A DNA stretch of 64,000 bases from Heptranchias perlo (Eukaryota), in NCBI RefSeq assembly GCF_035084215.1, contig NC_090332.1:34906001-34970000 (forward strand), given 5' to 3'. Positions 25,831 to 37,387 of this stretch are shown piece after piece. Each line of letters begins with the position of its first letter. Position 1 is the first letter of the stretch. Under the pieces are notes generated by a model that saw only the letters and a list, made by a program, of their open reading frames with translations, was not told where the DNA came from and ran no database searches. The position numbers and the translations under genes were made by a program.

Positions 25831-27037
25831 TTTGAAAGAGAAAGCTTTGAATGCGACACATCCGAAATGTTATCCTTCCTTTCTCTTTTAGATGCTGACC
25901 AACCTTGCTGTGCATTTTCTATTTTTAGTTGACATTTTTCACAGAGATGCAATTTGCCCATGGTACATTCTACATATTTTCAATGATTAAAGAGATTCAG
26001 TTTCCCTTCATGCTGTTCCCAGTTTTTAAGATAAAATGATTAGAAATTCTTTTAGGGCCATTTATTATTGTCGACATGTTCACAAAGACCTCTTTGAAGT
26101 TTTAATGCTCGATAGAGATAAAAGTTCTTTTAAAATACTGTTGCTTTATCTTCTTGCTTTGGGAGATAAAGCAAAATATACTGTGAAAAAGACGATTAAA
26201 CAGCCATTAATGTAGGCTACATGTGACAAATGTTAGACAAAACTTCAGTGATTAAAACTGACTGTTTAACAATCCAAGTCTTTTTCTGATATTTCAAAGG
26301 TTGATGGCAGCTCCATCCACAAATAATTAGGCAGTTGACCACTAACTTCAAGGGATTTTTAAAATTCTTTTCAAAAATACTGTAATATTCCATGTCATAA
26401 ACTGGGAGGCAGGGGGCAGGGGAATGAAGAGGAAAGTTGGGAAACCTAATAGGTATGTTGCAAGTTGTCAACTTTAACATGGGCTAAGAAGGGGGATAAA
26501 ATCAGCCAGAGCTCCCTCTCGATCACTGCTGGAAAATGTAGTTGTGAGGCCATCAGATGACAACAGGATTGAACTCAGCTATGGTGCCCTCTTTGATGGA
26601 ATAGTCCTCTGACACTATATTGGTTTACACATAAAGGATGCCACTTGAGTGAGGTACCCAAGGGCTACAGGCATTTATAGAAACTAATCCCAGCAAAAGC
26701 CTCACCTTCAGAAGTGCTGAAAAGATTTAAATGACAAAATGGTGAAATGGAAGGTTATAGCAATGTTAGAAAGCCAACAGTTCAAAACCTTAAGTTGGGA
26801 GCTAGTAAAAATTTTGGAAAATGGGTCCAATTGTGCAATTTCTAAACCTGTGTCAGATGTACGATTCGGCACCTGAACTGTTAAACCTCCTCAGGGCTGA
26901 AGTGTAAATCATGATTTCTCAGAAAGCAAGTCATTTTTATTTTACATTATTTTTAAACTTTATACATGACAGAAAATGGGCAGCACAGTGTCTCCTTTAA
27001 GTTAATCCACTCCTAAAAGAAAAACAAGTTAACGTAC

Positions 27038-27130
27038 CTCTTTATCATCTCTGGTCTTTTTAACTTTCATTTTTATTTTCTTTCCTGTCATCACGCTGTA
27101 TTTATCACTTTTGTCCCTGTCTTTCAGAAA
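27038..27130 (-). CDS. Ser/Arg/Lys-rich protein, coding exon 5 (FLKDRDKSDKYSVMTGKKIKMKVKKTRDDKE)
   Basis: cattacag acceptor, GAG|GTACGT donor, 93 nt, phase 0/0. Confidence 0.85.
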
Positions 27131-27848
27131 CTGTAATGAGAACATTTTTTGTAAACACAAATCCACAGACTCTAAAAAATCAATGCATTGATCACCACCT
27201 TGTGTTCATAGGTGGAACTGCAAACTGTTGGAATTCTTCCTTCTAAATGAGACCCTGAATAAACTAGACAGAGATTTAAACATTTGTTTTTTTTCTAGCT
27301 GAAAGGAAAAGTATTGAAACACTTTCTAAAGGGCATGCAGTGGTGAGAAAATCTTTAGTTCTGTGATAATAGTGAAGCATTTGTCACAGCCCACAATGTC
27401 ATATGACTTGGTTATGAAGTGAAGAATGAAACTAATCAGTCAGTCACCTACTAAAATGAGAGCCTAAGTTAGCTGATCTCCTTGAGCCATGTACATAGCT
27501 TTTTCTGATTCTCACTATTTCTCTGTTTTGAGCTACTAATCTCGCTCATGGACCTTCTGCTAGTTTTGCCTCCAGAGAAGGAAGTATATGAGCAAACAAC
27601 TTGCCTGTAACAGTAAAAAAAAAGTTGATGCCCCGATAGCTCTGTTTCCTTTGCCCTTAAAGATCAACAAGATAACCCCATGAAGCCAATCCTTAGGGCA
27701 CCACCCTTCTTTCTGTTACAAGAAAAGTATATGCTGACATACTCTTAGCAGATCAGGAACTCTTCTACAAAAGACGAGCAAAGTGGCTTCATCTCTGGCA
27801 GATCGAATACCGATGCTCAACATACTTGTAGACCAGATGATTAAGATG

Positions 27849-28215
27849 AAGGGGTGATCTAATTGAGGTGTTTAAGATCATTATAGGATTTGATAGGGTA
27901 GATAGCGAGAAACTATTTCCTCTGGTGGGAGAGTCCAGACCAAGGGGGCATAACCTGAAAATTAGAGCTAGGCTGTTCAGGAGCGATGTCAGAAAGCACT
28001 TCTTCACACAAAGGGTAGTGGAAATCTAGAACTCTCTCCCCCAGACAGCTGTTGAGGCCAGGTCAATTGAAAATTTCAAAACTGATATTGATAGATTTTT
28101 GTCAGGCAAGGATATTAGGGGTTATTGAAACAAGATGGGTAAATACAGATCAGCCACGATCTAACTGAATGGCGGAACAGGCTCAAGGGGCTGAATGGCA
28201 TACTCCTGTTCCTCT
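27849..28215 (+). mobile_element. CR1 LINE 3' fragment
   Basis: aggggtgatctaattgaggtgtttaag (RGDLIEVFK), TRGHNLK, FFTQRVVEI, and 3' UTR ggctgaatggcatactcctgttcct. Confidence 0.85.
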
Positions 28216-28229
28216 GTAGACAAGAATAT

Positions 28230-29225
28230 CATTGTCTGCTATATGTGTCCTATGTTGATCTTAAAGTTAGCATTTGATTCTGTGTATAGGCCTGCCCTTT
28301 GGCAAATATTCTCCATCCTTGGGGACCCTGACAAAATTGTACGATTGGTCTCTGCCTTACTCTCAGACACTAGCAGCTTGGTAAGGACTGCAGGGGACAA
28401 GCGCCTGCCATTTCCAATCAATTCAGGTGTCTCATTGGTCCAGATTCCTTTGATAGAGTCATGGATTGAATTCTAGAATGGTGCATCATTGCTCGATGAA
28501 TTGAGCCTCGATTGGCAGCAATTCCTCACGGACTTAGCTTTCGCAGATGATGTTGCCATATTGGTAGAAATGATTACCGTTCTTGTCTCGACCCTCAAAA
28601 TCTTTGTGGAGAATGCCTGCCCCATAGGCTTGCAAGTCAACTGGAAGAAAACAAAAGTCCAGTCACTCAGCAACCTTCTCCTGCGTCCGCCTAATCAACA
28701 GATCACAGGTGAGACTGTGAAATTCATGGAGCAGTTTATATATCTGGGATCACTGATCCACAAATCAGATTGAAACCTTTCAGAATTAGGATGCAGAATT
28801 TTACTGATGCACTAGATGATGGACCTAAATAAGAACATATTTGGGTGTAATGAGGCAGTATTGTCTTCGCCACATCTGCCGTATTCGGTGGTGTGACCGC
28901 ATTAGCATTACTCAGATCAGAAAGATGACCGCCAACCTCCCCCAAGTGTCACAATTGCCAAAAGGCACTTATTGCTGTTTGGGCATGTGGCCAGGCTCAA
29001 CTGGTCATACAATACCATCAAGGCACTCAGAGCTTGTCCTCTGAAGACCTGAAAACGCCACCATGGAAGGCCAAGAAGTATCAAGCTCTCGACCGTTACA
29101 GCTGACCTCAGGACCCAGAATATAGGGATCTTCTCCACCATGAGGAGAGCTGAAGACCGTGAGAGATGGAGACGTACGATACACCAAAAAATACTATGCA
29201 GGAGCATGCTACAATGACGGTGAGA
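28230..29225 (+). mobile_element. Decayed RTE-clade LINE RT fragment
   Basis: AFDSV, LTDLAFADDVAIL, GLQVNWKKTKVQ, FIYLGSLI and CLRHICRIRWCDRI motifs, interrupted by frameshifts. Confidence 0.75.
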
Positions 29226-29467
29226 GAAGTTTAGTTACATTATAGGAGATATAATGTAGCTGAACCTATCTCAACTATCAAGAGGTGTACATGCTGCAGA
29301 GTGAGGTGGCCTGGGTCTGATTTTCTTCTCTCTTATGGTGACATGCTTGACTACTGTGAGCTGCAACAGCCAAGAACTTGGCGAAGGGCACACCTAATTT
29401 TGTTGGAGCAAAATGATTTGTAAGCATGGCCTCATGAGCAACTCCACGTGACAAGTCGATCCGCATC

Positions 29468-32400
29468 TTTTTTTTTATTCGTTCACGGGATGTTGGCGTC
29501 GCTGGCGAGGCCAGCATTTATTGCCCATCCCTAATTGCCCTCGAGAAGGTGGTGGTGAGCCGCCTTCTTGAACCGCTGCAGTCCGTGTGGTGACGGTTCT
29601 CCCACAGTGCTGTTAGGAAGGGAGTTCCAGGATTTTGACCCAGCGACAATGAAGGAACGGCGATATATTTCCAAGTCGGGATGGTGTGTGACTTGGAGGG
29701 CAACGTGCAGGTGGTGTTGTTCCCATGTGCCTGCTGCTCTTGTCCTTCTAGGTGGTAGAGGTCGCGGGTTTGGGAGGTGCTGTCGAAGAAGCCTTGGCGA
29801 GTTGCTGCAGTGCATCCTGTGGATGGTACACACTGCAGCCACAGTGCACCGGTGGTGAAGGGAGTGAATGTTTAGGGTGGTGGATGGGGTGCCAATCAAG
29901 CGGGCTGCTTTATCTTGGATAGTGTCGAGCTTCTTGAATGTTGTTGGAGCTGCACTCATCCAAGCAAGTGGAGAGTATTCCATCACACTCCTGACTTGTG
30001 CCTTGTAGATGGTGGAAAGGCTTTGGGGAGTCAGGAGATGAGTCACTTGCCGCAGAATACCCAGCCTCTGACCTGCTCTCGTAGCCACAGTACTTATATG
30101 GCTGGTCCAGTTAAGTTTCTGGTCAATGGTGACCCCCAGGATGTTGATGGTGGGGGATTCGGGGATGGTAATGCCGTTGAATGTCAGGGGGAGGTGGTTA
30201 GACTCTCTCTTGTTGGAGATGGTCATTGCCTGGCACTTATCTGGCGCGAATGTTACTTGCCACTTATGAGCCCAAGCCTGGATGTTGTCCAGGTCTTGCT
30301 GCAGGCGGGCTCGGACTGCTTCATTATTTGAGGGGTTGCGAATGGAACTGAACACTGTGCAGTCATCAGCGAACATCCCCATTTCTGACCTTATGATGGA
30401 GGGAAGGTCATTGATGAAGCAGCTGAAGATGGTTGGGCATAGGACACTACCCTGAGGAACTCCTGCAGCAATGTCCTGGGGCTGAGATGATTGGCCTCCA
30501 ACAACCACTAACATCTTCCTTTGTGCTAGGTATGACTCCAGCCACTGGAGAGTTTTCCCCCTGATTCCCATTGACTTCAATTTTACTAGGGCTCCTTGAT
30601 GCCACACTCGGTCAAATGCTGCCTTGATGTCAAGGGCAGTCACTCTCACCTCACCTCTGGAATTCAGCTCTTTTGTCCATGTTTGGACCAACGCTGTAAT
30701 GAGGTCTGGAGCCGAGTGGTCCTGGCGGAACCCAAACTGAACATCGGTGAGCAGGTTATTGGTGAGTAAGTGCCGCTTGATAGCACTGTCGCTGACACCT
30801 TCCATCACTTTGCTGATGATTGAGAGTAGACTGATGGGGCGGTAATTGGCCGGATTGGATTTGTCCTGCTTTTTGTGGACAGGACATACCTGGGCAATTT
30901 TCCACATTGTCGGGTGGATGCCAGTGTTGTAGCTGTACTGGAACAGCTTGGCTAGAGGCGCAGCTAGTTCTGGAGCACAAGTCTTCAGCACTACAGCTGG
31001 GACATAGCCTTTGCTGTATCCAGTGCACTCAGCCGTTTCTTGATATCACGTGGAGTGAATCGAATTGGCCGAAGACTGGCTTCTGTGATGGTGGGGATAT
31101 CGGGAGGAGGCCGAGATGGATCATCCACTCGGCACTTCTGGCTGAAGATGGTTGCAAACGCTTCAGCCTTGACTTTTGCACTCACGTGCTGGACTCCGCC
31201 ATCATTGAGGATGGGGATGTTTGCAGAGCCTCCTCCTCCCGTTAGTTGTTTAATTGTCCACCACCATTCACGACTGGATGTGGCAGGACTGCAGAGCTTT
31301 GATCTGATCCGTTGGTTGTGGAATCGCTTAGCTCTATCTATAGCATGTTGCTTCCGCTGTTTAGCATGCATGTAGTCCTGAGCTGTAGCTTCACCAGGTT
31401 TGCACCTCATTTTTAGGTACGCCTGGTGCTGCTCCTGGCATGTTCTTCTACACTCCTCATTGAACCAGGGTTGATCCCCTGGCTTGTTGGTAATGGCAGA
31501 GTGAGGAATATGCCGGGCCATGAGGTTACAGATTGTGGTGGAATACAATTCTGCTGCTGCTGATGGCCCACAGCGCCTCATGGATGCCCAGTTTTGAGCT
31601 GCTAGATCTGTTCTGAATCTATCCCATTTAGCACGGTGGTGGTGCCACACAACACGTTGGATGGTGTCCTCAGTGCGAAGACGGGACTTCATCTCCACGA
31701 GGATTGTGAGGTGGTCACTCCTACCAATACTGTCATGGACAGATGCATTTGCGACAGGTAGATTGGTGAGGACGAGGTCAAGTAAGTTTTTCCCTCGTGT
31801 TGGTTCGCTCACCACCTGCCGCAGGCCCAGTCTGGCAGCTATGTCCTTCAGGACTCGGCCAGCTCGGTCAGTAGTGGTGCTACCGAGCCACTCTTGGTGA
31901 TGGACATTGAAGTCCCCCACCCAGAGTACATTTTGTGCCCTTGCTACCCTCAGTGCTTCCTCCAAGTGGTGCTCAACATGGAGGAGGACTGATTCATCAG
32001 CTGAGGGAGGACGGTAGGTGGTAAGCAGCAGGAGGTTTCCTTGCCCATGTTTGACCTGATGCCATGAGATTTCATGGGGTCCAGAGTCAATGTTGAGGAC
32101 TCCCAGGGCCACTCCCTCCTGACTGTATATCACTGTACCGCCACCTCTGGTGGGTCTGTCCTGCCGGTGGGACAGGACATACCCAGGGATGGTGATGGAA
32201 GAGTCTGGGATGTTGGCTGAAAGGTATGATTCTGTGAGTATGGCTTTGTCAGGCTGTTGCTTGACTATTCTGTGGGACAGCTCTCCCAATTTTGGCACAA
32301 GTCCCCAGATGTTAGTAAGGAGGACCTTGCACGGTCGACTGGGCTTGGTGTTTTGCCGTAGTCGTGTCCGATGCCGGGTGGTCCGTCCGGTTTTATTCTT

Positions 32401-32754
32401 ATTATGACTTTTCGTAGCGAGGTTTTACAACTGAGTGGCTTGCTAGGCCATTTCAGAGGGCAATTAAGAATCAACCACATTGCTGTGGGTCTGGAGTCAC
32501 ATATAGGCCAGACCGGGTAAGGATGGCAGGTTTCCTTTCCTAAAGGACATTAGTGAACCAGATGGGTTTTTACGACAATCCGGTAGTTTCATGGCCATCA
32601 TTACTGATACTAGTATTTTAATTCCAGACTTTATTTAATTAATTGAATTTAAATTCGCCAGCTGCCGTGGCAGGATTTGAACTCATGACTCTGGATTTTA
32701 GTCCAGGCCTCTGGATTACTAGTCCAGTAACATAACCACTATGCTACCGTACCC
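29468..32754 (-). mobile_element. Near full-length single-ORF LINE (APE endonuclease + RT) with tRNA-derived 5' head and poly(A) tail
   Basis: APE motifs (LTES, GDFNVHH, LDLVL, SDH) in 30991-32424 and RT motifs (NYRPISLLS, QFGFR, LDIKAAFDRV, GVPQGSVL, FADD) in 29531-30991, separated by one 13-nt deletion; A9 tail at 29468-29476; no TSD seen. Confidence 0.93.
32660..32754 (-). promoter_or_regulatory. tRNA-Thr(AGU)-like head with internal Pol III promoter boxes
   Basis: A box TAGCATAGTGG (32746-32736), anticodon arm CTGGA-CTAGTAA-TCCAG, B box GAGTTCAAATCC (32684-32673). Confidence 0.8.
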
Positions 32755-33099
32755 TGTAAATAACCAAAACCAATCCCAAACCAAAAATATATTTATATAT
32801 AAATAAGAGAGATAAAGAGCAAAGATATTTTCATTTGTGATTCTCTTCTCCCTAACCCTACATGTATTTTTTCTTTCTCTCCATTCTATATGCATGTGTT
32901 TATTTTTTTTCCCCTCTGTCACTCTGTGTATCTGTGGTTTTATGTCTGTCATTGTGGCTGAAAGTCCTTCTCCATCTATTATTTTCTCTACCGTGCCATG
33001 TATGACTATGCTTCACACTCATCCCATGGTCCTGTGTCTGAACAATTCTCTCTCACTCTATGTCTGAAGTGTGTGTGTGTGTATAAACACTTTCTCACA

Positions 33100-33542
33100 G
33101 TTGTGACGAAAGACTGGAGATACTGGAACAATATTTGCTGCAACAGAGAATATTGAGAGGAGGTTTAATAGAAGTTTCTAAAAATTATGAAAGGGTGAAT
33201 AGGGAAAGACTATTTTCTCTGATGGGGAGTCAGTGCTGAAGGGTCATTAATTTAAAACAGTCACTAAGAGAGGGTGAGGAGAGAGGTTAGAAGAAATTCG
33301 TGTACACAGAAATTTATTTACAGAGTTGTTGGAGCATGGAATGCTTTGCGCTAGGGAACAGTTGAGACAGATACTATTGCATCTTTGAAGGGAAAAATTG
33401 GATAAATATTCAGAGCAGAGGACGATACAGGGCTATTAGAGTAGGATAGTGGGATTAGTTTTGGATTTCTATAGCAAAAAGCCAGCACAAGCACAATGGG
33501 TGTAACAGCCTCTCTCTGTGCTGTAAACTTCTATGGTTCTAC
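33100..33542 (+). mobile_element. Decayed CR1 LINE 3' fragment
   Basis: gagaggaggtttaatagaagtttctaaaaattatgaaagg...agagttgttggagcatggaatgctttg (RVVGAWNAL)...aacttctatggttcta tail. Confidence 0.7.
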
Positions 33543-34678
33543 GTGTCTGAAGTGCTATCTCTCTCTTCCCCTGTGGTATGAAATTTTGTGTCTGTCCAAA
33601 CTTCTCTCTTTCTCTGAACTCTCCTCTGTCTGTTCAAAGTACTGTCGTAAGCCCTCCTGATCTCCCTGGTAATTTGGGCTCATCTTGCGATTGCACACGG
33701 TACATTAGTAAATATGGTCACTCTTTACATGTCTCTGGTGTCTTTGTGTTGCTGTGTTTCTCTCTTCCACCCCCCCCCCCCACACCCCTCCTCTGCTTCT
33801 GTCACTCTTTTTCATATTCTTGCAAGTGGGAGGTGGTCGGTAATATGGTATGGTGAGATGGGGAAGGAACTACCAACTGCTGCAGGCTGCAAGCCCATGA
33901 ATATCTTCCAGTGCTACCAAAGTGCAGGACTGCCCCATTCTCTATCCCCAGTACTGCTGAATACCAGGGGATGAATTTCTGCAGGGTTTCTTCTGCTCAC
34001 CTACTGTAGCTTCAACAGAAAAGCTATGGAAATACTGGAAAAATGGAGTAAACCTCTTTTATAAATTCCTATGTTGACATTTATAGGTTTACATAGGCAA
34101 AACCTATCACAGTGTAATTACACAAATCTGGCCAGTGTGTGTGAACAGTTTTTCAGCATTTCCAGAGAGTCACTCTCCGGAAACTTTCAGAGACTCTGTC
34201 CACCATCTTGTTTACTTGAGGCTTTTTACTTCTACATTTTTAAGACTTTAATCCTCTCCCTCCCCCCCGAAACAGTGTATTGCCACCTTTCAGCCTCCTG
34301 CCTCCCCTAAAGTTAATAAAATCAGGTTCTTGACTGGTCTTAGTGACCTCCTCTTCACCCACTCCTGGGGTTCCAACCTAGTGTTTGTTAATTTAATTTT
34401 AATTTCAATATTTATTTTGAACTTTCATAAAATGTAAGATAAAATAACACACCGTTTGTCAAATTTGGTGCAACTTGATAATTCCCTTCCTTCCCCAGCT
34501 GCTGCTGCAGTCCCGGCCCCTAATGTAGCCCCTGGCCATTAACTCTAGCCATCACAGCCCCAATTCCAAATTGGATGGTGTGCATCCACGTCGACTCTGC
34601 TGACCTCAGCCACACTGGCAGGATTGTATAATTACAGTTTGATGACTTATTAAAGACACAGCTTCCAATATAAATGTG

Positions 34679-37093
34679 TAGAACAGCAGACAGAGGGATC
34701 CGCGGTACAGCAACCGAAGAGGAAAGAGTCAAACTGGACTCCTCCGGAGGGTCGCTGCCCTCAGCTGGACATGTATGCTCAAGCTGTCAGGAAATGCGTC
34801 AATGCCAGATTCATCAGGCGCACTCAGAAGACAGTCCAGAATGTCACCCGAGTACAACGCAACGCCATCAACGCTCTCAAGACCAACCGCAACATCGTCA
34901 TCAAACTAGCGGACAAAGGAGGAGCCATAGTCATACAGAACAGAACGGACTATTGCAAAGAAGCATACCGACAACTGGACAACCAGGAACACTACAGACG
35001 GTTACCCGCAGATCCGACCAAAGAACACACCCACCAGCTCAACAAACTGATCAAGACCTTCGATCCAGACCTTCAAAGCATCCTACACACTCTCATCCCA
35101 CGTACTCCCCGCGTGGGAGACTTCTACTGCCTCCCAAAGATACACAAAGCCAACACACCCGGACGTCCTAGCGTATCAGGCAACGGAACCCTGTGTGAGA
35201 ACCTCTCTGGATACATCGAGGGCATCCTGAAACCCATCGTACAGGGAACCCCCAGCTTCTGTCGCGACACTACAGACTTCCTACAAAAACTCAGTACCCA
35301 CGGACCAGTTGAACCAGGAACACTTCTCACCACGATGGACGACTCGGCACTCTACACCAGTATCCCCCACGATGACGGCATCGCTGCGACAGCATCAATA
35401 CTCAACACCAACAACAGCCAATCTCCGGACGCCATCCTACAACTCATCCGCTTCATCCTGGATCACAATGTCTTCACCTTCGATAACCAGTTCTTTACCC
35501 AAACACACGGAACAGCCATGGGGACCAAATTTGCACCCCAATACGCCAACAATTTCATGCACAAGTTCGAGCAGGACTTCTTCACTGCACAAGACCTCCA
35601 ACCAACACTATACACCAGATACATCGACGACATTTTCTTTCTATGGACCCACGGCAAGGAATCACTAAAGAGACTACACGATAACATCAACAAGTTCCAT
35701 CCCACCATCAAGCTCACCATGGACTACTCCTCAGAATCAGTTTCTTTCTTGGACACACGAATCTCCATCAAAGACGGGCACCTCAGCACCTCACTCGACC
35801 GCAAGCCCACAGACAACCTCACGATGCTCCACTTTTCCAGCTTCCACCCTAACCACGTCAAAGAGGCCATCCCCTATGGACAGGCCCTGCGAATACACAG
35901 GGTCTGCTCAGACAAGGAGGAACGCGATGGACACCTACAGACGCTGAAAGATGCCCTAGTAAGAACGGGATATGACGCTCGACTCATCGATCGACAGTTC
36001 CGACGGGCCACAGCAAAAAAATCGCATAGACCTCCTCAGGAGACCAACACGGGACGCAACCAACAGAGTACCCTTTGTCGTCCAGTACTTCCCCGGAGCG
36101 GAGAAACTACGCCATGTTCTCCGCAGCCTTCAACATGTCATCAATGACGACGAACACCTCGCTATGGCCATCCCCACACCTCCACTACTCGCCTTTAAAC
36201 AGCCACCCAACCTCAAACAGACCATCGTTCGCAGCAAATTACCTAGCTTTCAAGAGAACAGCGTCCACGACACCACACAACCCTGCCACGGTAACCTCTG
36301 CGAGACATGCCAGATCATCGACACAGATACCACCATCACACGAGAGGACACCACCCACCAGGTGCATGGTTCATACTCCTGTGACTTGGCCAACGTTGTT
36401 TACCTCATACGTTGCAGGAAAGGATGCCCCGGAGCATGGTACATTGGCGAGACCATGCAGACGCTGCGACAACGGATGAACGGACACCGCGCAACAATCG
36501 CCAGACAGGAGGGTTCCCTCCCAGTCGGGGAACACTTCAGCAGTCATGGACATTCATCCACCGACCTTCGGGTAAGCGTACTCCAAGGCGGCCTTCGAGA
36601 CACACGACAACGCAAAATCGTCGAGCAGAAATTGATAGCCAAGTTCCGCACCCATGAGGACGGCCTCAACCGGGATCTTGGGTTCATGTCACGCTACACG
36701 TTACCCCACCAGCGAACAAATGTTATCTGTTTTTAATATAACGGGTCAGTTGCTGTCTTTTCTATGTTTCTACCTCTCTATCTCTGTTTTTTTTTGTTTG
36801 TTGTTTTTTTTTGGTGATTTGTATATTCTGAGACCTTGCAGGTAACACCTGTCTGTCTGCACACTGATTGCCTTGGCAACGGGCAGTTGAAAAAACTGTC
36901 TGTAATCACCAAGCATTGTTCTGTGAATTATAAATGCGATTTCATTTCGAGGATTTCATTTCCACATCGTTCACCTGAGGAAGGAGGAAGCCTCCGAAAG
37001 CTTGTGAATTTAAAATAAAATTGCTGGACTATAACTTGGTGTTGTAAAATTGTTTACAATTGTCAACCCCAGTCCATCGCCGGCATCTCCACA
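34679..37093 (+). mobile_element. Penelope-like element (RT + GIY-YIG), family A, 5'-truncated and young
   Basis: ADKGGAIV, FYCLPKIHK, QTHGTAMGTKFAP, RYIDDIF, FLDT, then GIY-YIG NVVYLIRC...WYIGET; a single frameshift at an A7 run (36015-36021); TSD CAATATAAATGTG at 34666-34678 and 37092-37104. Confidence 0.95.
36970..37008 (+). ncRNA. Minimal type I hammerhead ribozyme motif in the PLE 3' terminal region
   Basis: ttcac-CTGAGGA-a-GGAGG aag CCTCC-GAAA-GCTT-gtgaa. Confidence 0.8.
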
Positions 37094-37387
37094 ATATAAA
37101 TGTGGACATAGAAATTTGTAATAGAAATATAAAGATAAGGACAGAATGTATGAGTTTAAAATGGGGACTGCATGTCCTGGTCCAATTAACCCCTAGCCTC
37201 TTAAGATTACATTTCTTTTTGAATCTTCATGTACAATGCCTCAGAAGTTAGATTAGTATATTAAAAATAAAGTTAATTTGTTTACAGTTTTCACAGAATA
37301 AGGGCTAGAAAAGGCATGGAATTCGATCACCAAAGGACCAGCAAAAATCTCAGAATGTCAATTAATACAAATTGAGTTTAACTTTAA

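Noticed and set aside
29450-29467. TSD for the tRNA-headed LINE
   Set aside because: Left flank (gtcgatccgcatc) and right flank (tgtaaataacc) do not match, so element unity rests on continuity and T-run depletion rather than a TSD.
32660-32754. Functional tRNA-Thr gene
   Set aside because: Duplicated anticodon arm, no clean acceptor stem and no T-run terminator; it continues into a LINE.
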